This document shows positions 35,873 through 44,286 of a stretch of 54,585 nt of DNA, piece after piece. Source of the DNA: Thermaerobacter sp. (GTDB lineage Bacteria > Bacillota > Sulfobacillia > Thermaerobacterales > Thermaerobacteraceae); the NCBI GenBank assembly GCA_036562425.1, contig DATCKH010000156.1:1-54585 (forward strand), written 5' to 3'. The notes beneath the pieces were generated by a model. It searched no databases. It had not been told where the DNA came from and saw only the letters and a program-made list of their open reading frames with translations. The number at the start of each line of letters is the position of its first letter. Position 1 is the first letter of the stretch. Made by a program: the position numbers and the translations under genes.

Positions 35873-36955
35873 TCACCCGCCGATGGCGTACATCGCTCTT
35901 TGTGGCTTCACGAACCCTTCCTGGTTGATCAAGTGACCGCGCCACTTCACCCAGACGGCGCGGCGAATGGCCTGCTCGATCTCGGCGTCGCTGGCGCCGC
36001 CGCGCAGCATCTCCCGCAGATCGAACTCCTCTACGGCAAAGAGGCAGTTGCGGATCTTGCCGTCGGCGGTCAGGCGGATGCGGTCGCACGACTGGCAGAA
36101 GGGCTGCGAGACGGAGGCGATGATGCCGAAGGTCCCCTTGCCGTCGGCGAACCGGTAGAGCCGGGCCGGATCCGACGGGTCGTTGTTGAGAGGCTCCACG
36201 GGCCCGATACGGCGGGCCTGCTCCAGCATCTCCTCAGCCGTGTAGACCAGATCCCGCGTCCAGACGTTGGCACCGTCCAGGGGCATGAACTCGATGAAGC
36301 GGACGGTCAGCGCGATGGGCTGCTCCCGGACCCAGCGCAGGAAGGTCGGGATCTCCCCATCGTTGATGCCGCGCATGATCACGGCATTGATCTTGATGGG
36401 CTCCAGCCCCGCCTCGGCGGCGGCGCGGATCCCGGCCAGCACCCGCTCCAGTTCGTCCCGCCGGGTCAGCTGGCGAAAGCGGTCGCGGTCCAGGGAGTCG
36501 AGGCTGACGTTGACGCCCTGCAGGCCGGCGGCCTTGAGGGCCGCGGCCTTCTTGTCCAGCAGGAAGCCGTTGGTGGTCATGCTGACGGCACGGACCCCCG
36601 GCACGCGGCGGATCCGGGCCACGATGTCCTCAACGCCGGGCCGCAGGAGCGGCTCGCCGCCGGTCAGCCGTATCTTCTCCACGCCCATCCGGGCGCAGAT
36701 ACGGACCACCCGCTCGATCTCGTCCGGAGTGAGGATCTCGGGATCGGGAATCCACGGAATATCGCCGTCGGGCATGCAGTAGAGACAGCGAAAGTTGCAC
36801 CGGTCGGTGAGGGAGATCCGCAACTTGCGGACGACCCGGCCGAACTGGTCCACCAGCGGCCCTTCCACCGGCATCCCGGGCGGGCTCGCATCGGAACTGC
36901 GGCTGACATGGGTTGTGACGGCGGCCGTCGCGGGCCGCAATCGCCCCAGCGTCAT
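35873..36955 (-). CDS. moaA: GTP 3',8-cyclase (radical SAM, molybdenum cofactor biosynthesis)
   Basis: ..LRISLTDRCNFRCLYCMP.. is the radical-SAM CxxxCxxC motif, and the C-terminal MoaA Fe-S motif (CQSCDRIRLTADG) is present. The start could instead be the internal ATG at 36874. Confidence 0.93.
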   Translation of the reverse strand: MTLGRLRPATAAVTTHVSRSSDASPPGMPVEGPLVDQFGRVVRKLRISLTDRCNFRCLYCMPDGDIPWIPDPEILTPDEIERVVRICARMGVEKIRLTGGEPLLRPGVEDIVARIRRVPGVRAVSMTTNGFLLDKKAAALKAAGLQGVNVSLDSLDRDRFRQLTRRDELERVLAGIRAAAEAGLEPIKINAVIMRGINDGEIPTFLRWVREQPIALTVRFIEFMPLDGANVWTRDLVYTAEEMLEQARRIGPVEPLNNDPSDPARLYRFADGKGTFGIIASVSQPFCQSCDRIRLTADGKIRNCLFAVEEFDLREMLRGGASDAEIEQAIRRAVWVKWRGHLINQEGFVKPQRAMYAIGG

Positions 36956-37187
36956 GCCTTCACCCCCAGCGCAGGCGGGGAGCCTGGACCGCCCGCCTGC
37001 CGGCGGGCCATCCCGCCGGCCACCGCCGGCGGCTCACCCGGCAGGCCGCCCCCCTCACCCGCCGGAAGCGCCCGGCGAGCCGTCATCGGCAGCGGCCACC
37101 TACGGCTTGCAGGCGGTCACCGGGGGCGCCCACCGCCTGGTTAGAGGATAGCATTCGGGTTCCGGCACCCTGAATCCTGTCCCGGGA

Positions 37188-38033
37188 TCAGCGGCGGCTG
37201 TCCGGCGCCAGCCGGGGCGGGGCGATGGGCACCTGCCGGCCGGTGTGGTCGACGTAATACGGGCCCTTGTGGAGGAGCTGGGAGACGGGGACGATCTCGT
37301 AGCCCTGCCCCTGGAGGCGCCGCAGGATCTCGGGCAGGGCGGCGGGGGTGGCCTCGGCGTTGTTGTGGAACAGGACGATGGAGCCGGGCCGGACCAGGCG
37401 GGTCACCCGGTCGACCACTTGCTGGGGCGTCACCTTCATCCAGTCGAGGGAGTCCACGTCCCACTGGATGGGGATGATCCCCTCGTCCTCGATCACCCGG
37501 ATCACGCGGTCGTCATAGGCGCCGTACGGGGGCCGGAACAGGCGGGCCTCGAAACCCGTGGTCTCCCGCACGGCCTGGAGGTTGTCCCGGAGCTCGCGGC
37601 GGATCTCCTCGTCCGACAGGGTGCGGAAGTCCGGGTGCGTGGCGGAGTGCAGCCCGATCTCGTGCCCCTCGCGGGCGATCATGCGGGTCTCGTCGGGGTA
37701 CTTGCGAATCCACATGCTGACCAGGAAGAAGGTGGTCTTGACGTTGTGGGCGCGCAGGATTTCCAGCAGCCTGGGCGTCTTGTCGGCGCCCCAGGTAGCG
37801 TCGAAGGAGATGGCGACGCGCTTCCGGTCGGTGGCCACGCTGTAGATGGGGAGCTTCTTCTTGGCCGGGGCGGGCTCACCCAGGGCGAAGCGCGGGGGCA
37901 ACTCCACGGGGCCGGCGGGCGCCACCATGTCCGCGGCCAGGGACGGCGTCGCCGCCACGCGGATCGCCAGGACCAGAACGAAGAGCCCGGCCAGCAACCC
38001 GGCCCAGAACACGGTGGTCTCCTCCCGCGGCAT
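37188..38033 (-). CDS. polysaccharide deacetylase (NodB homology), N-terminal membrane anchor
   Basis: ATG 38033 has GGGAGGG 6 nt upstream. Motifs: ..VAISFDATWG.., ..HEIGLHSATH.., ..FRPPYG.., ..IVLFHN.. Confidence 0.88.
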   Translation of the reverse strand: MPREETTVFWAGLLAGLFVLVLAIRVAATPSLAADMVAPAGPVELPPRFALGEPAPAKKKLPIYSVATDRKRVAISFDATWGADKTPRLLEILRAHNVKTTFFLVSMWIRKYPDETRMIAREGHEIGLHSATHPDFRTLSDEEIRRELRDNLQAVRETTGFEARLFRPPYGAYDDRVIRVIEDEGIIPIQWDVDSLDWMKVTPQQVVDRVTRLVRPGSIVLFHNNAEATPAALPEILRRLQGQGYEIVPVSQLLHKGPYYVDHTGRQVPIAPPRLAPDSRR

Positions 38034-38402
38034 GGCCAACCCTCCCGCCCGGGGCCGGGCCGGCGGCAGCGCCGCCGGCCCCCGCCCCCTGTTCCTCGAC
38101 TGTTCGGCCCGACCTCCCCCTTCATCCCTATGCCGGCACCGCCCTCGCCAGCACGGGCCACCCACGCCCGCACGGCGGCTCGCCGCGGTCACAACCCCGG
38201 GGGCCGGGGCGAGCCACGCACCCGGGACCCGCGCTGGACCCGCGATGCGGCGCCGGGTCGGGACCGGAGCAGGGAACCGGGCGCCGGGTGCCGCAAGCAG
38301 GGCAGAGGACGGGGCGACTCTACACCCACGGCCGTACGGGATCCGGCCGCATCAACTCACACCGCTGCGCGCCCCGTTGCGCTATGACTCAATTCGTTGC
38401 GC

Positions 38403-38444
38403 TACAATATCAAGACGCATTCTGCCGTGATCAAGACGCATTCT
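38403..38444 (+). promoter_or_regulatory. TACAAT -10 box followed by two 15-bp direct repeats ATCAAGACGCATTCT (21-bp period); probable tetR promoter/operator
   Basis: TACAAT is at 38403-38408 and the repeats are at 38409-38423 and 38430-38444, followed by GGAGGAG and ATG 38468. Confidence 0.5.
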
Positions 38445-38467
38445 CACGGGCCGGAGGAGCCGCCGCC

Positions 38468-39154
38468 ATGACCAAGCAGCCACCCCTGGCAGGACGCAGC
38501 GAGCCCAAGCTGCAGGAACGCTACGAGCAATTGCTGGCCGCCGCCGAGGCGTTCGCCACCCGCGGGTACCACCAGACGACGGTGAAGGACATCGTCGAGC
38601 GGGCCGGTGTCGCCACCGGTACCTTTTACCTCTATTTCACCAACAAGGAGCAGTCGTGCGCGGCGCTGATCGAGCGCCTGTACCAGCGCGTGCTGGCCGA
38701 GGTCGCCGCCGCCCGCCAGGGGCGCCGGACCAAACTGGAAAAGCTGGCCGCCTCCATCGAGGCGGCCTTGCGCGTGTTCGGAGAAGAGCGCAACCTGGCC
38801 CATATCGCCCTGGTGCGGGCGCCCGGAGCCCACCCCCTGTTCGACCAGCTCCTGGCCAGGATCCAGCGCGAGCTCTGGGATCTGGTGGCGGAGGACATCA
38901 AGGAGGCCATCGCGGAAGGGCTCCTGCCCTCCCAGCCCGCCACCATCACCGCCCGGGCGCTGATCGGTTCCCTCTACGAGGTGGTGATCAGCTGGCTGCA
39001 GGACGGCGTGCCCGCTACCCTCGACGAAGCCATCGACCCTCTGGTGAGATACTGCCTGCGGGGCCTCGGTGCACCGGAGGCTCTGCTCACCGCTTCCACA
39101 TCGCTCCTTCCCGGCGCTCACCGGGAGGCGGCCGCCGAAGACGGCGCCCGCTAG
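38468..39154 (+). CDS. TetR/AcrR family transcriptional regulator
   Basis: GGAGGAG lies 8 nt upstream. The HTH signature is ..[34 protein letters not shown]..; 228 aa. Confidence 0.9.
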   Translation: MTKQPPLAGRSEPKLQERYEQLLAAAEAFATRGYHQTTVKDIVERAGVATGTFYLYFTNKEQSCAALIERLYQRVLAEVAAARQGRRTKLEKLAASIEAALRVFGEERNLAHIALVRAPGAHPLFDQLLARIQRELWDLVAEDIKEAIAEGLLPSQPATITARALIGSLYEVVISWLQDGVPATLDEAIDPLVRYCLRGLGAPEALLTASTSLLPGAHREAAAEDGAR

Positions 39155-39681
39155 GAACGGGCCGCCATCGCGGCGGCGCCGGCTCGAGGCGGCTGTTCCC
39201 CGGCCTGCCCCGGCTCCCCGGGAAGCAACCGCATCAAATTGCCCATTTCCAGGGCAGCCAGGGCCGCTTCGGCGCCCCGGTTGCCCGCCCGCACGCCCGT
39301 GCGCTCCACGGCTTGTTCCAGGGTTTCGCAGGTGATGACCCCGAAGATGACCGGCACCCCGGTGGAAAGGCTGACCCGGGCGATACCCTGGGCCGCCGCA
39401 CCCGCCACGAAATCGAAATGGGCGGTAGCCCCGCGAATCACGGCACCCAGGCAGATCACCGCGTCGTACCGGCCCGACCGCGCCAGGCGGCGGGCTACCA
39501 CCGGCAGTTCAAAGGCGCCGGGCACCCAGGCCACGTCAATGTCTTCCTCACGGACCCCGTGCCGCCGCAGCGTATCCAGCGCCCCTTCCAGCAACCCCGC
39601 CGTCACCGGCTGGTTGAACCGCGCCACGACGATCCCGAACCGCAGGCCCTCCCCGACCAGCGACCCTTCGAAGACGGCCAT
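39151..39681 (-). CDS. ribH: 6,7-dimethyl-8-ribityllumazine synthase
   Basis: [23 protein letters not shown].., with GGGAGGTGGAG upstream; 176 aa including a short A/G/P tail. Confidence 0.93.
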   Translation of the reverse strand: MAVFEGSLVGEGLRFGIVVARFNQPVTAGLLEGALDTLRRHGVREEDIDVAWVPGAFELPVVARRLARSGRYDAVICLGAVIRGATAHFDFVAGAAAQGIARVSLSTGVPVIFGVITCETLEQAVERTGVRAGNRGAEAALAALEMGNLMRLLPGEPGQAGEQPPRAGAAAMAARS

Positions 39682-39900
39682 CCGGCTCCACCTCCCTGTT
39701 TCCCGGCACCTTCCCGGCACCGTGAGTCACCGTGCGTCTCCACCCCTCCCCGGACCGGCGCGTGCCCGCCCGGGGACAGCCCGCAGCCCCCGGGGCTCAC
39801 GAGCCGGGGCCGGGCGGGCGGAAGCAGCGACGTGACGGGGATACAGGGTGAAGCAGGAAACACAGGACGAACGGGACGAACAGGACCAGCGGTCAACAAC

Positions 39901-41907
39901 TCAGAGCCAGTGCCCCAGTTTGGCCCGCTTGGTTTGCAAGTAACGTTCGTTGTGCGGGTGGGGCGGTACCCGCAGCGGTACCCGCTCGCTCACCGCGAGC
40001 CCGTATTCGACCAGCTGTTCTTGCTTGTCGGGGTTGTTGGTGAGCAGGCGTACCCGCCGCACGCCCAGGTCCCGCAGGATCTGGGCCGCCACACCGTAAT
40101 CCCGGGCGTCCGCGGGGAAACCGAGGGCCTGGTTGGCCTCCACGGTGTCCAGCCCCCCATCCTGCAGCTCATAGGCGCGGATCTTGGCCGCCAGCCCGAT
40201 ACCGCGCCCTTCCTGGCGCAGGTACAGGAGCACCCCCCGGCCCTCGGCCGCGATGGCCTCCAGGGCGGCGTCCAGTTGCTGGCCGCAGTCGCAGCGCAGG
40301 GAATGGAGCGCGTCGCCCGTCAGGCACTCACTGTGCAGCCGGACCAGCACCGGTTCTTCATCCGCCCAGGAACCCCGCACCAGGGCGAGATGGGTCTCGC
40401 CGGTGGGCTCGAAGGTGTACGCGTGGACCTGGAAATCCCCGTGCACCGTGGGAAGCTTGGCCTGCGCTACCCGGCGCACCACGCGCTCGTGGCGCAGCCG
40501 GTAGCGAACCAGGTCGGCCACGCGCACCAGCCGCAACCCGTGACGGCGGGCGAAGGCCGCCAGGTCGGGCAGCCGGGCCACCGTCCCGTCGTCACGGAGG
40601 ATCTCGCAGATCACCGCCGCGGGGTACAGGCCGGCCAGGCGGGCCAGGTCCACGGAGGCCTCCGTGTGCCCCCGCCGCGCCAGGACGCCGCCGGCGCGGG
40701 CACGGAGCGGGAACACGTGCCCGGGGCGAACCAGGTCGCCGGGGCCGCTGGCCGGATCCACCGCCACGCGGATGGTACGGGCCCGGTCGGCGGCGGAGAT
40801 GCCGGTGCGCACCCCCTCCCGGGCGTCAATGGAAATGGTGAAGGGCGTCTCCATGGGGTCCCGGGGCGGGTCCACCATCAGCGGCAGGTCCAGTTCGCGG
40901 CACCGCTGCTCCGTCAGAGCCAGGCAGATCAGGCCGCGGGCCTCCCGCAGCATGAAGTTGATGTGCTCCGGCGTCACCTTCTCCGCCGCCAGGACCAGGT
41001 CGCCCTCGCCCTCGCGGTCCTCGTCGTCCACCACCACGACCATGCGCCCGGCCCGGAGGTCAGCCAGCGCAGCCTCGATGGGGTCCGCCATGCCCGCGGC
41101 CGGGTCGCCTGGGTCCCCGCCGGGTCGCCGCCCGTCGCCGCCACCGGCACCGGGACCGGCCCACGGTGCCTGGAGCGGGCCTCCCCCGATGGAGACCGGC
41201 ATTCCGCCGGGGCCTGCGTCCTCTGCCCCCCGGGGCGCTCCCCAGCCTCCGCTTGGGAGGCCGGAGCGGCCGTCATCTCCGCCGCCGGTGGCGGTGACGG
41301 CAGGAGCCGCCCGGAGCGGGGCAGCGCTGGATGTCCAGCGCCGGGCATACTTGGCCACGATGTCCGCTTCCAGGTTCACCAGGTCCCCCGGGCGGCGGGT
41401 GCCCATGGTCGTGCGCTCGGCGGTGTGGGGAATGACGGCGACGGTGAAGCCCGTCGCGTCGCACTCCACCACCGTCAGGCTGATGCCGTCCACCGCCACG
41501 GACCCCTTGGGCACCACGTATGCCATGAACTCCGGCGGCGCCTCGATGCGGAACCACAGGGAGTTGCCCGCTGGTTCCCGGGCGGCGATGCGCCCCACCA
41601 CGTCCACGTGGCCCTGGACCAGGTGACCGCCCAGCCGGTCCCCCAGCCGCAACGCTCGCTCGAGGTTCACCGGATCCCCGGCCCGCAGGTGCCCCAGCGT
41701 GGTCACCCTGAGGGTCTCGGGCACCACGTCGAAGGCCAGTTCCTCCCCCGCCACCGCGACGACGGTCAGGCACACCCCGTTGACCGCCACGCTGTCACCG
41801 GCGCGAACGCCCTCCCAGCCGGGCGCGGCCACCACCAGCCGCCGGCCGCCCCCGGCCGGTTCGACCCGCCGGCAGGTTCCCAGCGCTTCGATCAGTCCCG
41901 TGAACAC
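39901..41907 (-). CDS. ribBA: riboflavin synthase (RibE) fused in frame to DHBP synthase / GTP cyclohydrolase II (RibBA)
   Basis: GTG 41907 has GGAGGAGGGGAG 5 nt upstream. [10 protein letters not shown]..two lumazine-binding repeats..[11 protein letters not shown] is followed by an ~85-aa G/P/A linker with no stop. Then come [26 protein letters not shown].. (RibB) and ..[19 protein letters not shown].. (RibA); 668 aa. Confidence 0.9.
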   Translation of the reverse strand: MFTGLIEALGTCRRVEPAGGGRRLVVAAPGWEGVRAGDSVAVNGVCLTVVAVAGEELAFDVVPETLRVTTLGHLRAGDPVNLERALRLGDRLGGHLVQGHVDVVGRIAAREPAGNSLWFRIEAPPEFMAYVVPKGSVAVDGISLTVVECDATGFTVAVIPHTAERTTMGTRRPGDLVNLEADIVAKYARRWTSSAAPLRAAPAVTATGGGDDGRSGLPSGGWGAPRGAEDAGPGGMPVSIGGGPLQAPWAGPGAGGGDGRRPGGDPGDPAAGMADPIEAALADLRAGRMVVVVDDEDREGEGDLVLAAEKVTPEHINFMLREARGLICLALTEQRCRELDLPLMVDPPRDPMETPFTISIDAREGVRTGISAADRARTIRVAVDPASGPGDLVRPGHVFPLRARAGGVLARRGHTEASVDLARLAGLYPAAVICEILRDDGTVARLPDLAAFARRHGLRLVRVADLVRYRLRHERVVRRVAQAKLPTVHGDFQVHAYTFEPTGETHLALVRGSWADEEPVLVRLHSECLTGDALHSLRCDCGQQLDAALEAIAAEGRGVLLYLRQEGRGIGLAAKIRAYELQDGGLDTVEANQALGFPADARDYGVAAQILRDLGVRRVRLLTNNPDKQEQLVEYGLAVSERVPLRVPPHPHNERYLQTKRAKLGHWL

Positions 41908-42018
41908 CCCGTCTCCCCTCCTCCGAACCCGGACCCTGCGTGCCCAGCAGAGCCGGTTCCACTCGATCCACCGTCGCCCGCCCCGCCGGCGGCCACGACC
42001 ACCGGCGGCCATGGCCGC

Positions 42019-43275
42019 TCACGGGCCACCGGCGCGCGACACCCCCGGCGCGGTGGCCGAAAACACGTCCAGCGGTAGAGTCGCGGGATCCCGCAGGTAC
42101 CCTTCCACCAGCCAGTCGTCGCCCAGGCGCCGCAGCCTGACCCGGTGGAGGCGCAGGGCACCGGCCATGCGGTCCACCCCCGGCCCGCCGACCGGCCCCG
42201 GCGCGCCGGCGCCGCCCACCAGCTTGGGAGCGATGAAGGCCAGCACGTGGTCCGCCAGGCCCGCCGCCAGGAGCGCCCCGTGAATGGCCGCCCCGCCCTC
42301 CACCAGCACGTGGCGGATGCCCCGCCGGCCCAGTTCCACCAGCAATTCCGCCAGGTCCACCCGGCCCTCCGCCGTCGCCGGCACCCGGAGGACCTGGGCT
42401 CCGGCCGCCTCCAGCGCCCGCACCCGGTGGGCCGGCGCGCGCTCGGTCACGGCGATCCACGTGGGCGCGGGAGAGGCGGCTGCCGCGCGGACCACCCGGG
42501 CGCCCGGCGGCGTCCGCGCCTGGCTGTCGATGACCAGCCGGATGGGATCCCTGCCCCCCCGGGGCAGGCGGGTGGTCAGGCACGGGTCGTCCGCCAGCAC
42601 GGTGCCGATCCCGACGGCGATCAGGTCGACCCGATCGCGCAACCGGTGGACGAAGCGGCGGGCGGCGTCCCCCGTGATCCAGCGGGCATCGCCGCGGCGG
42701 GTGGCGATCCGCCCGTCCAGGGTCATGGCGTACTTCATGGTGATCAAGGGGCGCCCCAGCAGGTTCCAGGCCAGGTAGGCCGCGTTGAGGCGGCGCGCCT
42801 CTTCCTCCAGCAGCCCCACCTCGACCCGGACCCCGGCGGCCCGCAGGGCGGCCAGCCCCCGCCCCCGCACCCGCGGGTCCGGATCCACCATGGCGGCGAC
42901 GACGCGCCGGATGCCCGCCCGGATCAAGGCGTCGCTGCAGGGCGGCGTCCGCCCGTAATGGCAGCAGGGCTCGAGGGTCACGTAGAGCGTCGCGCCACGC
43001 GCCCGGTCACCGGCCTGGCGCAAGGCCTCCGCCTCCGCATGGGGAGCGCCGGCGCGGCGGTGGAAGCCCTCGCCGACAACCCGGTCGTCCCGCACCAGGA
43101 CCGCCCCCACCAGCGGGTTCGGGGTGGTGCGCCCCCGCGCCCGGCCGGCCAGGGCCAGCGCCCTGCGCATCCAGCGCCTGTCCTCCTCCGGCCAGTTCGC
43201 GGCCGGTACGGCCGGCTGCCACCCGCCCGCCGCGGGCGCGGCCGGCAGGCTGCCGTTCCCTCCCAGGGGGTTCAT
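42019..43275 (-). CDS. ribD: bifunctional diaminohydroxyphosphoribosylaminopyrimidine deaminase / 5-amino-6-(5-phosphoribosylamino)uracil reductase
   Basis: ATG 43275 has AAAGGAGGG 6 nt upstream. It has the deaminase zinc motif (HAEAEAL..TLEPCCHYGRTPPC) and a reductase domain. The 644-aa track ORF is an artefactual upstream extension. Confidence 0.93.
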   Translation of the reverse strand: MNPLGGNGSLPAAPAAGGWQPAVPAANWPEEDRRWMRRALALAGRARGRTTPNPLVGAVLVRDDRVVGEGFHRRAGAPHAEAEALRQAGDRARGATLYVTLEPCCHYGRTPPCSDALIRAGIRRVVAAMVDPDPRVRGRGLAALRAAGVRVEVGLLEEEARRLNAAYLAWNLLGRPLITMKYAMTLDGRIATRRGDARWITGDAARRFVHRLRDRVDLIAVGIGTVLADDPCLTTRLPRGGRDPIRLVIDSQARTPPGARVVRAAAASPAPTWIAVTERAPAHRVRALEAAGAQVLRVPATAEGRVDLAELLVELGRRGIRHVLVEGGAAIHGALLAAGLADHVLAFIAPKLVGGAGAPGPVGGPGVDRMAGALRLHRVRLRRLGDDWLVEGYLRDPATLPLDVFSATAPGVSRAGGP

Positions 43276-43600
43276 GGGCACCCTCCTTTGAGCGGGGCAG
43301 GAACAGGGGGCGGCCGCCGCGCAGGATGGACCGCACCGCGAGATTGCGCGGGCGTCCCGGCTGGCGGGTGAACGCGGCGCACTTTGAGAAGGCGGCCCGT
43401 AAGCAGCCGACAGCTTGAGGGGTGGGCGGAGGGGAGAAGCTGGCAGGCGCAAGGCAGGCCCGGACGCCGGCCGCGGCATACGGACGCCCAGGCCGGGCGA
43501 AATCACCCGACCCCCGGCGCCGTAACCGCCGGCCCGGTTTCGTGCTCGCAGCGCCGCCCGGCAGCCACCCGGCATGGCCAACGGGGGTCGACGCCCCGCC

Positions 43601-43636
43601 GAAACAAAGCGCCCCGGCGTCCGTTCACCGGGGCAG
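43601..43636 (-). terminator. riboswitch-associated intrinsic terminator (expression platform)
   Basis: On the minus strand, GCCCCGG tgaacggacg CCGGGGC is followed by GCTTTGTTTC, about 110 nt downstream of the aptamer 3' end. The preceding CCTTTCCTCT could pair with the aptamer P1 3' strand. Confidence 0.55.
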
Positions 43637-43749
43637 AGGAAAGGCATGCCGGGCAGCCCACAGCCTGTCCAGCCCGCGCACGGGCGCACCCGTCGTCGCG
43701 GGCACGCCCGGCCCGCCGGGCGGCTGCTGCGGCCACGGTTCACGCCTTG

Positions 43750-44058
43750 CCTCCTTCTCCCATCCGGACTATACCGTCGGCGCCGGGATCTCACCGGACT
43801 CCTGCCCGCCGCCAGTCCGGGGTACTCCCCGGCATGGACCGCCCCGGACCACCCGTGCGCCGGCACGGGCGGGCCGGTCCACGGCGGCAGGCTCGCGGGC
43901 TCGTCGCGGGACCGCGCCGGCAGAACCATTCCGGCCGCTGCTCCGGCCCTCACGTGCCGGCACCGGAGCCGCCACCCGGTACGGCCAGGCCGTCGAGGTC
44001 CCGCGCATCACCGCCGGTCGGGAATTGGGCTGCCGCCCTCACCCTGCCCCGAAGGAGA
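43750..44058 (-). promoter_or_regulatory. FMN riboswitch (RFN element) of the rib operon, unusually long
   Basis: The minus strand reads TCTCCTTCGGGGCAGGGTGA..AATTCCCGACCGGCGGTGA..AGCCCGCGAGCC..GTCCGGTGAGATCCCGGCGCCGACGGTATAGTCCGGATGGGAGAAGGAG. All conserved RFN blocks are in order and P1 is CTCCTTC/GAAGGAG. Confidence 0.88.
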
Positions 44059-44286
44059 CACAGACGTCACAACCGGTTGTCGCGTTGTACCCGCCCCGAA
44101 GGGGCGTGTCTTGCAAACCAGTATAAACGGAGATTCCTGGCGCTGCCAGGGGCCTGCGGGCCTAGCCACACCACGGCGCCCGGCATGTGCTGGACGGGAT
44201 ACGGCCGGCGGCGGACAGCGGTGCAATGACTCTTCGTCCCGTATAATCGGCCCTCTCTCACCGGGCCGGCGTCGCGGCCTCTTCCC

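Noticed and set aside
36956-37187. Possible Moco riboswitch upstream of moaA
   Set aside because: The leader is GC-rich and self-complementary. However, I could not align it to the Moco motif from memory with any confidence. It needs cmsearch (RF01055) before any claim.
38656-42078. 1140-aa ORF on the plus strand
   Set aside because: It is a shadow ORF opposite ribH and ribE-ribBA, created by GC-rich codon bias. It has low-complexity Arg/Pro/Gly composition.
43330-43540. Second FMN-riboswitch-like fragments, such as GCCGACAG..GGGGAGAAG on the plus strand and GGGGTCGGGTGATTTCGCCC on the minus strand
   Set aside because: The 5'-like and 3'-like blocks are on opposite strands and in the wrong order, and the P2 and P5 hairpins are missing. 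This is probably chance resemblance in GC-rich sequence. It is kept only as part of the unexplained-spacer finding.
42019-43953. 644-aa version of ribD, and the 480-aa version of the LacI-like gene (712-2154)
   Set aside because: The upstream extensions are low-complexity and run through the riboswitch/terminator or the repeat array. Internal starts have strong SD sequences at the point where homology begins.
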